A program made the position numbers and the translations under genes. From an uncultured Chthonomonadaceae bacterium (GTDB taxonomy: Bacteria > Armatimonadota > Chthonomonadetes > Chthonomonadales > Chthonomonadaceae), in assembly GCA_963835065.1 (NCBI GenBank), contig CAWIEK010000033.1, positions 1-64,000 on the forward strand: a stretch of DNA of 64,000 nt, in the 5' to 3' direction. Shown one piece after another: positions 9,945 to 20,239 of this stretch (position 1 is its first letter; each line of letters opens with the position of its first letter). The notes beneath the pieces are model-generated. The model worked only from the letters and a program-made list of their open reading frames with translations. It did no database searches and had not been told where the DNA came from.

Positions 9945-11538
9945 TCAACCACTCACCGGCAGTTCCGCCGTGATGCAGGTTCCCGTTTCGGCGGTGGATT
10001 CCACGAATAGATGCCCGCCGAGCAGGGTCGCCCGCTCTTCCATGCCAATCAAGCCGCCCGTGCCGAAATTGCCCCGGACTTGCGGCGCGTCGAAACCGCA
10101 GCCGCTGTCCACAATCTGAACCCCCAGCATTTCGCTTGTCGCCCACAGACGGACGGTAACTTCCCCCACATGGGCATGACGCGCCACATTGGTCAAGCCT
10201 TCCTGCACGATGCGATACGCCGCCGTTTCCACTTCCGCCGGGAAAGCGCCGCTCCACGCCCGTGTGTTCGCAGCACACTTGTACGCCGGTCAGGTCGGAG
10301 TAGCGCCCGAAATGCCACAGCAGAGTCGGCAGCAATCCCAAATCGTCCAGCATGGCGGGCCGCAGATGCAGGGACAGGTCGCGGACGCGCGTCATTAATT
10401 CGTTGATTAAAACAAGCGCGCCCGCCAGATTCGGCTGCGCGCTTTGCGGCGACTGCCGCGCGCCCATTTCCAGATTCAGCTTCAAGCCTGTTAAAGTTTG
10501 GCCGATTTCATCATGCAGTTCCCGCGCTATCTGCCGCCGCTCGGATTCCTGCACCTGCACCAGCCGGCCCGACAGCCATTGCAGGCGCTCGCGCCCCGCG
10601 CATACCTGCGCGTACAAGCGGGCATTTTCGATAACCACGCCGATCTGCCTGCCAAGCGCAATCCAGAATGTCCGTTCAAACCTGTCGCCTTCCCTTTCCG
10701 GGTTCCTTTCCCTGCTTCTTTCCCTGTTCAACTCACTTTTCAGCGTTATGCCGTCCAGATACAAGCCGCCTTGCAGTTCTTCATTGGCCGTCAGGGGAAT
10801 GGCGGTTCCGTCCCTGCCGCCCAACGTCCAATTGCGCGGCTGATCGCCATGAAAAGTCTCCAGAGGCAGTTCAGCCCATTCCTTTTGCAGCGTTTCCGGG
10901 ACTCCCCATGAGGCTTGCAGTTTTAAGCAAGCGTGTTCCTCATCCGCTACGAAAATCGCGCCGCAGGGGATGTTCAGGCGGGACACCAATTGCTGCTGAA
11001 GGCGTTCCAGAACCACGCGCATTTCCAGCGATACGCTGATGGCGCTCGTGATGCTGTTGAGCGCGGCAAGTTCATCCTTCACGCCGGTCAGTTCCTGCAC
11101 AAGCGCATGAGCGCGTTGGTTCGCGGCCCGCGTCCGCGCCTGCAAGCGTCCGCCCACGCCGTTGATGAGCAGGGCGACAAGAACAAACAGCAAGAGCGTG
11201 GGAGCGTCGCTGCGATGAATGGTAAACGAATAAACGGGCGGCAGAAAAAAGTAATCGTAGCACACCACGGAAAGCAGGGTTGCAGAAATCCCGACGTACA
11301 AATCGCCAATGCCGGTACTGAATAGGACGGCAATCAGAAAGAAAACCGAGGAAGGCGATTTTTGTCCCGTACCCGCTTGCAGCAGCCGCGTTGCCGCGTC
11401 GGCAATGGCAACCGTAAGCATGGGAGCGCCAAAACGCAGGCCAAACGAGTGGGAGAAAGCCACAAGCGTTTTACGAGCAGGAGGATTGGCCTGTTCGCTT
11501 TGATTCAACTGCATGGCCGCTGAATTCTCCCTTTCCAT
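9945..11538 (-). CDS. sensor histidine kinase DUF4118-GAF-HisKA_3-HATPase (frameshift near 10245)
   Basis: YDYFFLPP (KdpD-like membrane domain), ERRQIARELHDEIGQ, QEGLTNVARHA, DSGCGF, GGLIGMEER. Confidence 0.85.
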
Positions 11539-11568
11539 ATCGTAACCAACACAATTCAAATCAACGCA

Positions 11569-11664
11569 CGTACGGGCGCAATTTATTGCGCCCGCTTGTC
11601 GTTCCTTGCGGGGCGAGGGCGCAATACACAGCAGGCAGAGGGCGCAATAAATTGCGCCCCTACG
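11569..11664. repeat. REP/REPIN-like inverted pair (GTAGGGGCGCAATTTATTGCGCCC type)
   Basis: 25-bp arms at 11569-11593 and 11640-11664 (1 mismatch), each internally palindromic; same arms at 62243-62366. Confidence 0.85.
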
Positions 11665-11885
11665 GATTGTTGTTCAAGTGGATTGTACACGTATCAGTAC
11701 GGGCAAATCAACAGTAAAATACGGGTTTCCCCTCATGCGGTTCCCGCGCTGATTGTGTTTCAATAGACAGGGACGTTTCCGTCCGTCACTTCATTTCTGA
11801 AGTACGCCCCGCAAACCGCAGCAATGCAGCCGTCGGTCGCCTTTTATTTTTTGCCGAACCGCGACGCGCTGCCCGGAGGACAACC

Positions 11886-14040
11886 GTGTCGGATCGCCAT
11901 CAAGAGCCTGCTCCCTTCGCGCCCAAGCCCAGTTATCGCCTGCCCTTCAGCAAGCGCTTTCGACGCCTTCTGCTCGGAAGCCCGGTTTCCAGCGAACACA
12001 TGGAGCATACCCTGCTTCCCAAGTTTCTGGCGCTGCCTGTTTTCGCTTCGGACGCCATTTCTTCCGTCGCGTATGCCACGCAGCAGATCGTACTCGCGCT
12101 CGGCGCGTCCGGCCTGTACCTGTTGGCGTACAAGGACCAGTACGCTTTCAATACGTTTCTCATCGCCGGGCTGATCGTCAGCCTGCTGGTGATCGTTGTT
12201 TTTTCCTACTGGCAGACTATCTTTGCCTATCCCAAAGGCGGCGGCTCGTACATCGTCACCAAAGACAATTTAGGCATCATGCCCGGTTTGGTTGCCGGGG
12301 CCGCGCTGCTGATAGATTACGTGCTTACGGTGTCCGTGTCTATCGCTTCGGGGGTGCAGAACCTGGTCAGTATTCCATTTGTCAAACAGTGGAATCTGGA
12401 TCAGCATCTGGTGGGCTGGTGTCTGCTTTTTATCGGCCTGCTGACGCTGGTAAACCTGCGCGGGCTGAAGGAGTCGGGCGCGCTGTTCGCCGTGTTCACG
12501 TATGGCTTTGTGGTCATGTGCGCCATTATGATCCTTGTGCCCTTTATCGGCCCGGTTTTGGGCTGGAAACCGCATTTAGAGGAGATACAGCAGGTTTACC
12601 GCGATTGGCCCCCGGAGCAGGCGAAACATTCCATGCAGACGTTCGGCGCGCTCGTGCTGCTGCGCGCGTTTGCCAACGGTTGTTCGGCCATGACCGGAAC
12701 GGAAGCGGTCAGCGACGGCATCCCCGCCTTTCAGGAGCCGAAATCCAAGAACGCCGCCCTGACCCTGCTGAACATGGGCCTTATTCTGGGCAGCATCTTC
12801 ATTGGCGTAACGTGGCTTGCCATGCGCTTTCATGTGGTGTACTGGGAAGCGGGCGGCAAAACCGCTCCGGCTGTGATTGACCAGATTTCCGGGGCGGTTT
12901 TCGGCAAAACCGGAACCTGGAGTTTCGCTTACCTGGTGACGCAGTTCTTTACCGCTGCGGTTCTCGTGCTTGCCGCCAATACCGCGTATGCCGACTTTCC
13001 GCGCCTGGCCTCGTTCCTCGCCCGTGACCGCTTCGCGCCCAAGCAGTTCGCCAATCTTGGCGACAAACTGGTTTTCAACAACGGCATTGTCATCCTCGGC
13101 GTGTTCGCGGCGATCCTGATTATCGCCAAAAAAGGACAGGTGGACGCCCTGATTCCCCTGTACGCGACGGGCGTGTTTACCGCGTTTACCCTGTCGCAGT
13201 CTTCGATGGTCATGCGCTGGCGGCGCTTGAAAGGGCCGGGATGGATGCGCAAAGCCTGCATTAACGGGTTCGGCGCGCTCACCACTCTGATTGTCCTGAG
13301 TTTCGTTGTTTACGAGAAATTCAAAGAAGGCGCCTGGATCGTGCTGATGCTGATTGCGGTTTTGGTGCTGCTGTTCCGCAAAGTGCATGACCATTACGCC
13401 GACGCTGCGGGACAGTTGCGGCTGCCTGCGGAACCGGAGCCGGATATACCCCTGATGAACACGGTTCTCGTGCTTGTGCCGGGCCTGCACCGGGGCGTAT
13501 TGCCCGCGCTGAAATACGCGCGCCTGATTTCGCCGGACTGCCGCGCCGTTTACATCGAAACCGACCCGGAACGCACACAGCAGTTGAAATCCCGTTGGGA
13601 AGAGTGGAGTCACGGGGTTCCGCTCGTGATTCTCAATTCCACGTACCGCTCGCTCATCACGCCCATCATGCGCTATCTGGACGCGGTGCAGGCGGAGCGG
13701 CGCAGGCATCTCGATTACGGTCATCGTGCCGGAATTCGTGCCGACAAAGCGGTGGCATCAACTGCTGCACGGCAACAACGGCCTGCTGCTGAAGTTCGCG
13801 CTGATGGGCCGCAAGGATGTGGTCGTGACGAACGTGCGCTACTATTTGCAGCATACGGACGAGCCGCCGTCATTGGAAGCGCTGGCCGAAGAGGTCGCGC
13901 CGTTCGTGCCCGCCGAGCCTGTGATGCCTGCCGAACATGCCCACTTGTTGGCGTCCGATGAATTGGCGGCAGAACCTTCGGAATGGGTTCCTGTCGCGCA
14001 ATTGCCGCCCCATCATGGAGAAGAGGAACGTGATTATTGA
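11886..14040 (+). CDS. APC-family permease, KimA/YdaO-like potassium transporter (frameshift near 13712)
   Basis: SDAISSVAYA, YPKGGGSY, ALLIDYVLTV, MTGTEAVSDG, DFPRL; C-terminal VPEFV...WHQLLH in the second frame. Confidence 0.85.
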
Positions 14041-14404
14041 AACCGATCAGGAAGTCATCTACATTTCCGGCGCGCTGCGCGCCAACCACTGGCCCGCCAT
14101 CCGAACGACAGCGTATCTTGTCTATGCGAGTTACCCGCTGGGCGTGACGCTGGATTTCGCCGGCATCCAGTGCGTGTCTCCAATGGGCGAAGCCACGTTT
14201 GCCAACGCGCTTGCGGACATCGAGCGCCACGCGCTGCCGTTTGCCCTGGCATACGTGCCCTCCGATGTGGCGGCGCGATTGCGGCAGGGAACAGAACGCA
14301 TTTTGCCCGCGCCTTGCGCAAACATGACGGAAGAGCGGCACATCCGGCAGGCTATTTTCTCGGACGCCTGGTGGCAGAAGTTGTGGGGCGCAAGCAAAGG
14401 ATGA
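14030..14404 (+). CDS. STAS-like small protein
   Basis: VIYISGAL...VTLDFAGIQCVSPMG resembles the STAS fold; GAGGA RBS before a GTG overlapping the previous gene end. Confidence 0.5.
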   Translation: MIIETDQEVIYISGALRANHWPAIRTTAYLVYASYPLGVTLDFAGIQCVSPMGEATFANALADIERHALPFALAYVPSDVAARLRQGTERILPAPCANMTEERHIRQAIFSDAWWQKLWGASKG

Positions 14405-14609
14405 AGGATGAAGGTAGGCAGAAAAAAGAGTATGTAGAGTCATCGTCGAAATCTTGGCAATACAGCGCTTCCAGCCCGATGTCTCGTTGTGTCAAGTTGT
14501 AGGAGAGAGGCGTCGTGACCTCCGCTGCGTCAGGGCGAACGGGAGGGGTGAAACATAGGCTTTGCACCTCCCTTCCTGGTTAGTTGATAGTTGATAGTTG
14601 ATAGGAACT
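14399..14609. repeat. microrepeat arms (GGATGAA)x2 containing the stop codon and (TAGTTGA)x3
   Basis: ggatgaaggatgaagg at 14399-14414; tagttgatagttgatagttgataggaact at 14581-14609. Confidence 0.75.
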
Positions 14610-14907
14610 CGGACGTTCAACCTTCCTGTCTGTAAAGTAGACATTTGTACTATATAGACAGGGGGAAGGGGCAAAAGGTTCACCTTTTTTCGCGTTATTT
14701 AGCTCTTTTTTTCTGTCTTTTTTCAGGATGGTTATTTCTGGCGTTGTGTGAGGAACGGGGAAGGGGCACTTGTCTGCTTGTGAAACCCTTTTCCCGTTCC
14801 GCCCGTCTGATGGAAGAGACACAAACTGCAACACAACGCCTTTCACGTTCTCTCGTATGTAGACAAGCGTTGCGAAAAGCAGCATGGCTCAGGAAAGTGA
14901 GGCTCTC

Positions 14908-15093
14908 ATGCAGAGCAAAACTGTGAACCGCTCCGTTCTTCCGATCTCATTGCTTCTCTTCAACGGAATGGTTCTTGCCATCGTCCGCCCGTTTAACCTC
15001 CTCGGTAGCTTCGTGATGATTGTCACCGAAATCACAATCCTGCTGCTGGTCGTTCGCGTTCTTCGGAAGTATCCCAGGTACCGAATTTTTTAG
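14908..15093 (+). CDS. small two-helix membrane protein, unknown function
   Basis: GAGG RBS, two hydrophobic segments, basic C-terminus, followed by a strong hairpin. Confidence 0.45.
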   Translation: MQSKTVNRSVLPISLLLFNGMVLAIVRPFNLLGSFVMIVTEITILLLVVRVLRKYPRYRIF

Positions 15094-15111
15094 CCGGGAC
15101 ACTTGCTTTCA

Positions 15112-15149
15112 GAAAGCGCCGGAGAAACGAATGTTTCTCCGGCGCTTTC
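15112..15149. terminator. hairpin between convergent genes, likely bidirectional terminator
   Basis: 17-bp perfect stem gaaagcgccggagaaac/gtttctccggcgctttc with a 4-nt loop. Confidence 0.7.
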
Positions 15150-15242
15150 CAGTGCGTTTCCGTATCGCGCCGATTTGCTCCGATGAGGACAAATTTATCC
15201 CTTCCTGTATTGTCCTTCTGTAGGAAAGCATTGCGCGGACAG

Positions 15243-17881
15243 TTATGCGCGGCTTTCTATACGGCGTATGTGCCGGTAGAAGAACCATTTGGCGATCTCT
15301 GTTACCACCACGTAGAACAGCATGATGACGGCGAGAGCCGCCAGAAATGCAGGCGTGAGCGGAACCAGTCCGAACACGCGGCCCAGCGACAGGTACGGGA
15401 GGACAAGGACGACTGCAACCGCGAGCAGGGTTGTGTACAGCAGGGCGGGACTCGGCTTGCTGCGAAAGAAGGGGCGGCGCGTTCGGATCACGAGGACGAT
15501 CACCGATGCGGTGACAACGCTTTCGACAAACCAGCCGGTTCGGAACTGCGCGGGATTGGCATGCAGCAAAAACAGCAGGACGCCGAAGGTGAGATAGTCG
15601 CAAATGGAACTGACCAGCCCGAACACGACCATGTACCAGACGATGAATTTGAGGTTCCACCTGCGCGGGACATCCACCATCTCGGCATCCACGCTGTCGC
15701 CGGCAATCGTCATTTCCGGGAAGTCGGTGAGCAGGTTGGTCATAAGGACCTGCGTCGGCAGCAGGGGCAGGAAGGACAGAAACAGCGACGCGCCCGCCAT
15801 GCTGAACATATTGCCGAAGTTGGCGCTCGTCGCCATACAAACGTATTTCAAGGTGTTGGCAAACGTCGTTCGCCCCTCTCGAATGCCCTTTTCCAGTACG
15901 CCCAAATCTTTTTCAAGCAGGACGATATCGGCGGCTTCTTTCGCCACGTCCACCGCTTCGGCAACGGAAAGGCTGACATCGGCGGCATGAAGCGCGGCCA
16001 CATCGTTGATGCCATCGCCCATATAGCCCACCACATGCCCCGCCTTGCGCAAGGCAAAAATAATGCGCTCTTTCTGATCGGGTTCCACTTCGGCAAAAAC
16101 ATGGACGCGGGGCGCGCGCTGAATAAGCGCCGCGTGACTCATCTTCGCCAGTTCGCTTCCCGTAAGCAGTTCGGGGGCGGGAATACCGGCCTGCTTGCTG
16201 ATACTTTCCGCCACAAGCGCGTTATCCCCGGTAATGATCTTCAGCGCGACGCCCAGCTTTTGAAGCCGGGCAATGGCCTCCACAATGCCGGGCTTCAAGG
16301 GCGCTTCCAGCACAAGAAACCCCAGAAAGACCATGTCGGTTTCACATTCTTTGTTCAGCGCGGCTTCCTTCCCGTCCGAACCGTTGGCAGCCGGGGGCAG
16401 GAGGCGATAAGCGATCCCCAACACGCGGAAGCCTTCGCTGCTGAACGCCGCGTACTTCTTTTGTATTTCTTCCAATAGGGGTTGAATGTCGGTAACAGCC
16501 CCCTGCGCCGACTCCACTTTGGTACACACGTCAAGAATGTTTTTCAGGGCGCCCTTGGCAATCACAAAGCGTTGTTTTTCCGTTTCGGCAGGCCCTGTCT
16601 GTTCTGCCATGACGCTCAATCGTTTGCGGGTAAAGTCGTAGGGCGCTTCCCCTATTTTGCGCCATGCGGCGGTATCTATCTGACCATGCGCGCGGATCGC
16701 CTCGTCAATCGGGTTGGCGTACCCCGTCTGCAACGTGGCGTTGAGGGTGGCAAACAGCAGGGCGCGGGGGCTGTCCGCGCCACCGGCATCCGGGGTGGAG
16801 CGCAAAATTACCGTGCTTTCCGTCAGGGTTCCGGTCTTGTCGGAGCAAAGCACGTCCATGCTGCCGAAGTTTTCGATGGAAGCCAGCCGCTTGACGATGA
16901 CCTTCTGTTCGGCCATTTTGCGCGCGCCGTGCGCCAGGTTGACGCTGATGATAACGGGCAGCAACTGCGGCGTCAAGCCCAACAGCAAGGGCGAGCGCGA
17001 ACAGAAAGGATTCGAGAACGGGCTTGTGCAGATAAACGTTGGTGGCGAACACGGCGATAACAAGCAGCAGGGTCAATTCCATGAGCATGTAGCCGAAACG
17101 ACGGACGCCATGCTCGAACTCCGTTTCAGAGGGGCGGGCGCGCAGTTTCTCGGAAAGGCTGCCGAACTGCGTGTCCTTGCCGATGTGGATGACAAGGGCT
17201 GTCGCCGCGCCGCTGACAACGTGCGTACCCATATACAGGCTATTCGTCCGGTGACTGAGCGCGGTATCGGCGGCAAGGGTTCCGGGAGATTTTTCCGCCG
17301 GGAACGTTTCGCCGGTCAGCGCGGCCTCGTCTACGGTCAGGACGTTGGATTCCAGTACCAAACAGTCACCGGGAATGACATCTCCCGCGCTGAGTAAAAC
17401 AATATCGCCGGGAACGATGTTGTCCAGCGTGATTTCCTGCGGTTTCCCGTCCCGGCGAACGTTCGCTTTTATCTGCACGACGGCCAGCAGTTTTGCCACA
17501 GCATTGGCCGCGCCATGCTCCTGCCAGAAGCCCAACAGCCCGCTGACGAACACGATTAAAAAGATAATCAGGGCTTCGGTACGCTCGCCTAAGAAACATC
17601 GAAAGCCCCGCCGCAAACACGAGCAGCAGGATAATCGGGCTTTTGAACTGAGACAGCAACAGCACGAAAGGAGGCGTTTGCTGCCGCCCATCCAGGCGAT
17701 GCCCCGCGTTGGCTTCCAACCGCCGGCCCGCCTCATCTGCGGTAAGTCCCTGTAACGACGAGTGAAGCTGACCAAGCAGAACATCGGCGGACAAACTCCA
17801 AAATGGGGATACCGGGGGCGTTTCGGCGGGAGTTGTGGACTGTTTAATCGGTTCAATCGGTTTTTTAATGGCTGCCTGCAA
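15243..17881 (-). CDS. mgtA: Mg2+-translocating P-type ATPase (frameshifts near 17595 and 17000)
   Basis: LTGETFPAEK, SDKTGTLT, KGA, TGDN, MGDGIND, TSANFGNMFS spread over three frames. Confidence 0.85.
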
Positions 17882-17934
17882 GGTAGAAACTCCACTTCAA
17901 CGGCTTCGACAGACGATCAGAGCAGATTGGGCGT

Positions 17935-18840
17935 TCAGCGCGTCACCAGCACGGAGCGGTGTGAGTAGTGGGCAACGCGATTGGACACGCTGCCGAGCAG
18001 GAGGGATTGGAACGTGCCCATTCCCCGGCAGCCGACGACAATCAGGCCGGCGTCGTAACGATTGGCGTAGCCGACAATGGTTTCCGCCGGATTTCCCGTT
18101 TCCTGATGGAAGGAGCGGGAAACGCCTGCCTGAATGGCGTCCATACTTACGTCTCTGGTAATTTTTGCCAGCAGATGTTCCGCGCGGATACGCGGGTTGT
18201 CGTCGTCCGTGGGGAGATAGGGCGACAGCCGGTAGGAAAGCGAAGCCGCGTCCAGCACATTGAGGACGCTCAAGGACGCGGCGAACTTCTGCGCTATTTC
18301 GAGGGCGGCAGAAGTGGCCTGGCAAGCGCCCTGCGAACCATCCGAGGCCAGCAGAATACGCTGCCACTCCGGCGCTTGCTGCGGCGCGTGATCTCCGCGT
18401 ACAATCAGAACAGGGCAATGCGCGTGATGCAGCACACCCTCGGAGATACTGCCCATCAGGAACGACGGCGCGGCGCTCAATCCCCGGCTGCCCATCACAA
18501 TCAAGTCCGCGTCGCGCTGTTTGGCGACGCGCGTAATCGCTTCCACCGGATGCCCGCGTTCGAGCAGGCTCTCGTAGGGTACGCCCGCCTCCTGAAAGAT
18601 TTTGCCGGTACGCTCTTCCAGCGCGTTTCGGGCTTCTGCGGCATAAGAGTCCATTCCCGCCTGAATGACGGGAAGTTCCCACATACCTGCCTCGAAGGTG
18701 GGGTAAGCGGCGACGGCCAGATCGTAGGTATGGATCAGCAGCGCGTCAGAATGAAACTTTTGCGCGATCTGAGCGCCCATTCGCGCCGCCGTCAGCGCGC
18801 CCTCCGAACCATCCGAACAAACCAATATTTTGCTGAACAT
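17935..18840 (-). CDS. tandem-domain universal stress protein
   Basis: Two USP domains: ILVCSDGS...GSRG...MGSIS and LLASDGS...LLGSVSNRV. Confidence 0.92.
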   Translation of the reverse strand: MFSKILVCSDGSEGALTAARMGAQIAQKFHSDALLIHTYDLAVAAYPTFEAGMWELPVIQAGMDSYAAEARNALEERTGKIFQEAGVPYESLLERGHPVEAITRVAKQRDADLIVMGSRGLSAAPSFLMGSISEGVLHHAHCPVLIVRGDHAPQQAPEWQRILLASDGSQGACQATSAALEIAQKFAASLSVLNVLDAASLSYRLSPYLPTDDDNPRIRAEHLLAKITRDVSMDAIQAGVSRSFHQETGNPAETIVGYANRYDAGLIVVGCRGMGTFQSLLLGSVSNRVAHYSHRSVLVTR

Positions 18841-18936
18841 AAGGTTTTCCTTAACGGAACTTTGCCGCCGAAAGCGGACAGGTTCTTCCGATTAGCGTAA
18901 AAGGAATGGCGCAGAGCGGGCGGCTAGGATCCTCCA

Positions 18937-19215
18937 TTATAGGAGTAACGTCCTGGCGGCGGAGAAGAACTCCGTATATCCTGCTGCGAGGGGTGCATCG
19001 TGGGCCTGTCGCTCCAGTTCCTCTTGTATATGCGGACAACTTTGGCCCAATTCTTCTCGCGCCCGCGTCAGGTATGGCTCCGTCGCCGCATCGCCCCCAT
19101 CCCGGATGTTATGCAAAGGGACATCCGTTGCGACCCGCGTATGGCATTGGTCGCAGGCTACGATCAGCCGAAATGTTTCTGAATTTTCCGCATTGCCTTT
19201 ATGCACCGTAATCAT
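18937..19215 (-). CDS. small hypothetical protein with CxxCH and CPH
   Basis: ATG at 19215 after GAGGCGGGG; fills the gap between two USP genes on the same strand. Confidence 0.5.
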   Translation of the reverse strand: MITVHKGNAENSETFRLIVACDQCHTRVATDVPLHNIRDGGDAATEPYLTRAREELGQSCPHIQEELERQAHDAPLAAGYTEFFSAARTLLL

Positions 19216-19315
19216 CCCCGCCTCGCTTTCTGCAGCCCTTCTGAACCGCTTTTCTCTCCGGTGTGTACATAGGTTCTCCTGTTCAGGCAGACGCGCTCCC
19301 CGCAACAGCCACGAT

Positions 19316-20210
19316 TCAGCGCATGATGAGAACCGGGCAAGAAGCATGGTGCGCGACGCGGGTTGAAACGCTGCCCAATAGGAGCGATTGAAATCCGCCC
19401 AATCCACGACTGCCCATGACGATCAGGTCGGCTTTGATGACTTCGGCAACGCACAAAATCTGTTCGGCGGCGTGGCCTTCTTCCTGACGCAGCGTGCAGG
19501 CGGATTCCCTCCTGCCGCGCAGCGGCAACGACGTTTTCCAGCAATGCCGCGCGAACGCGCGCGGTGACTTCGGAAGGGTACAACTCTCCGTAGGCATCGG
19601 CCACTTCCGACAACATCTTATGCTTTTCGCTGACGTTTACAACCGTCAGCGCACTGCCGAACTTCTGCGCCAGCGCCCGCGCCGCAAGCGCCGCCTGATG
19701 CGCAGACGGGGAGCCATCCGAAGCCAGCAGAATGTTTTGGAACCAGCCCGCTTCCGGCGACATTCCCTCCCCATGCGTTACCAGCACGGGGCAGGGCGCG
19801 TAGTGGAGAACGCCACTGGACACGCTGCCCATGACAAAGGATTTCAGTTCATTCAGGCCCCTGCTGCCGATCACAATCAGGTCGGATTGCGCCCGCTCCG
19901 CATATTCCACGATTGTGCCGACGGGATGCCCAAGCTCCTGAATGGCTGTGAAAGGCACACCGGCGGCTTCAAACATGGGCGCGGCCTGCGCTTTGATTGC
20001 CTGATGTTGAAGTTCAGCCGTCGCGCTAATGGAGTTCTGGTCGGTCATCAGACTCCAGACGCCCAACCCCTCCGTATCCATGTACATGGGATTGATGACA
20101 TCCAGCAACTGCGCTGCGGAACCGAAGCGCTTGGCAATCGCCACTCCCGCCCGCGTCGCGTACAAAGCATTGTCCGAACCGTCCGAGCAAACAATAATCT
20201 TCTGAAACAT
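19316..20210 (-). CDS. tandem-domain universal stress protein (frameshift near 19500)
   Basis: [12 protein letters not shown]...GSRG...MGSVS; second domain ends [21 protein letters not shown]. Confidence 0.88.
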
Positions 20211-20239
20211 TATGTTCTCCCTGGAACCGGAGCTAGAGT

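Noticed and set aside
11670..11885. c-di-AMP (ydaO) riboswitch upstream of the KimA-like gene
   Set aside because: Expected from context, but I could not find the conserved aptamer elements or a terminator; an Infernal search would settle it.
18937..19215. c-type cytochrome call from CxxCH
   Set aside because: No signal peptide or membrane anchor for export.
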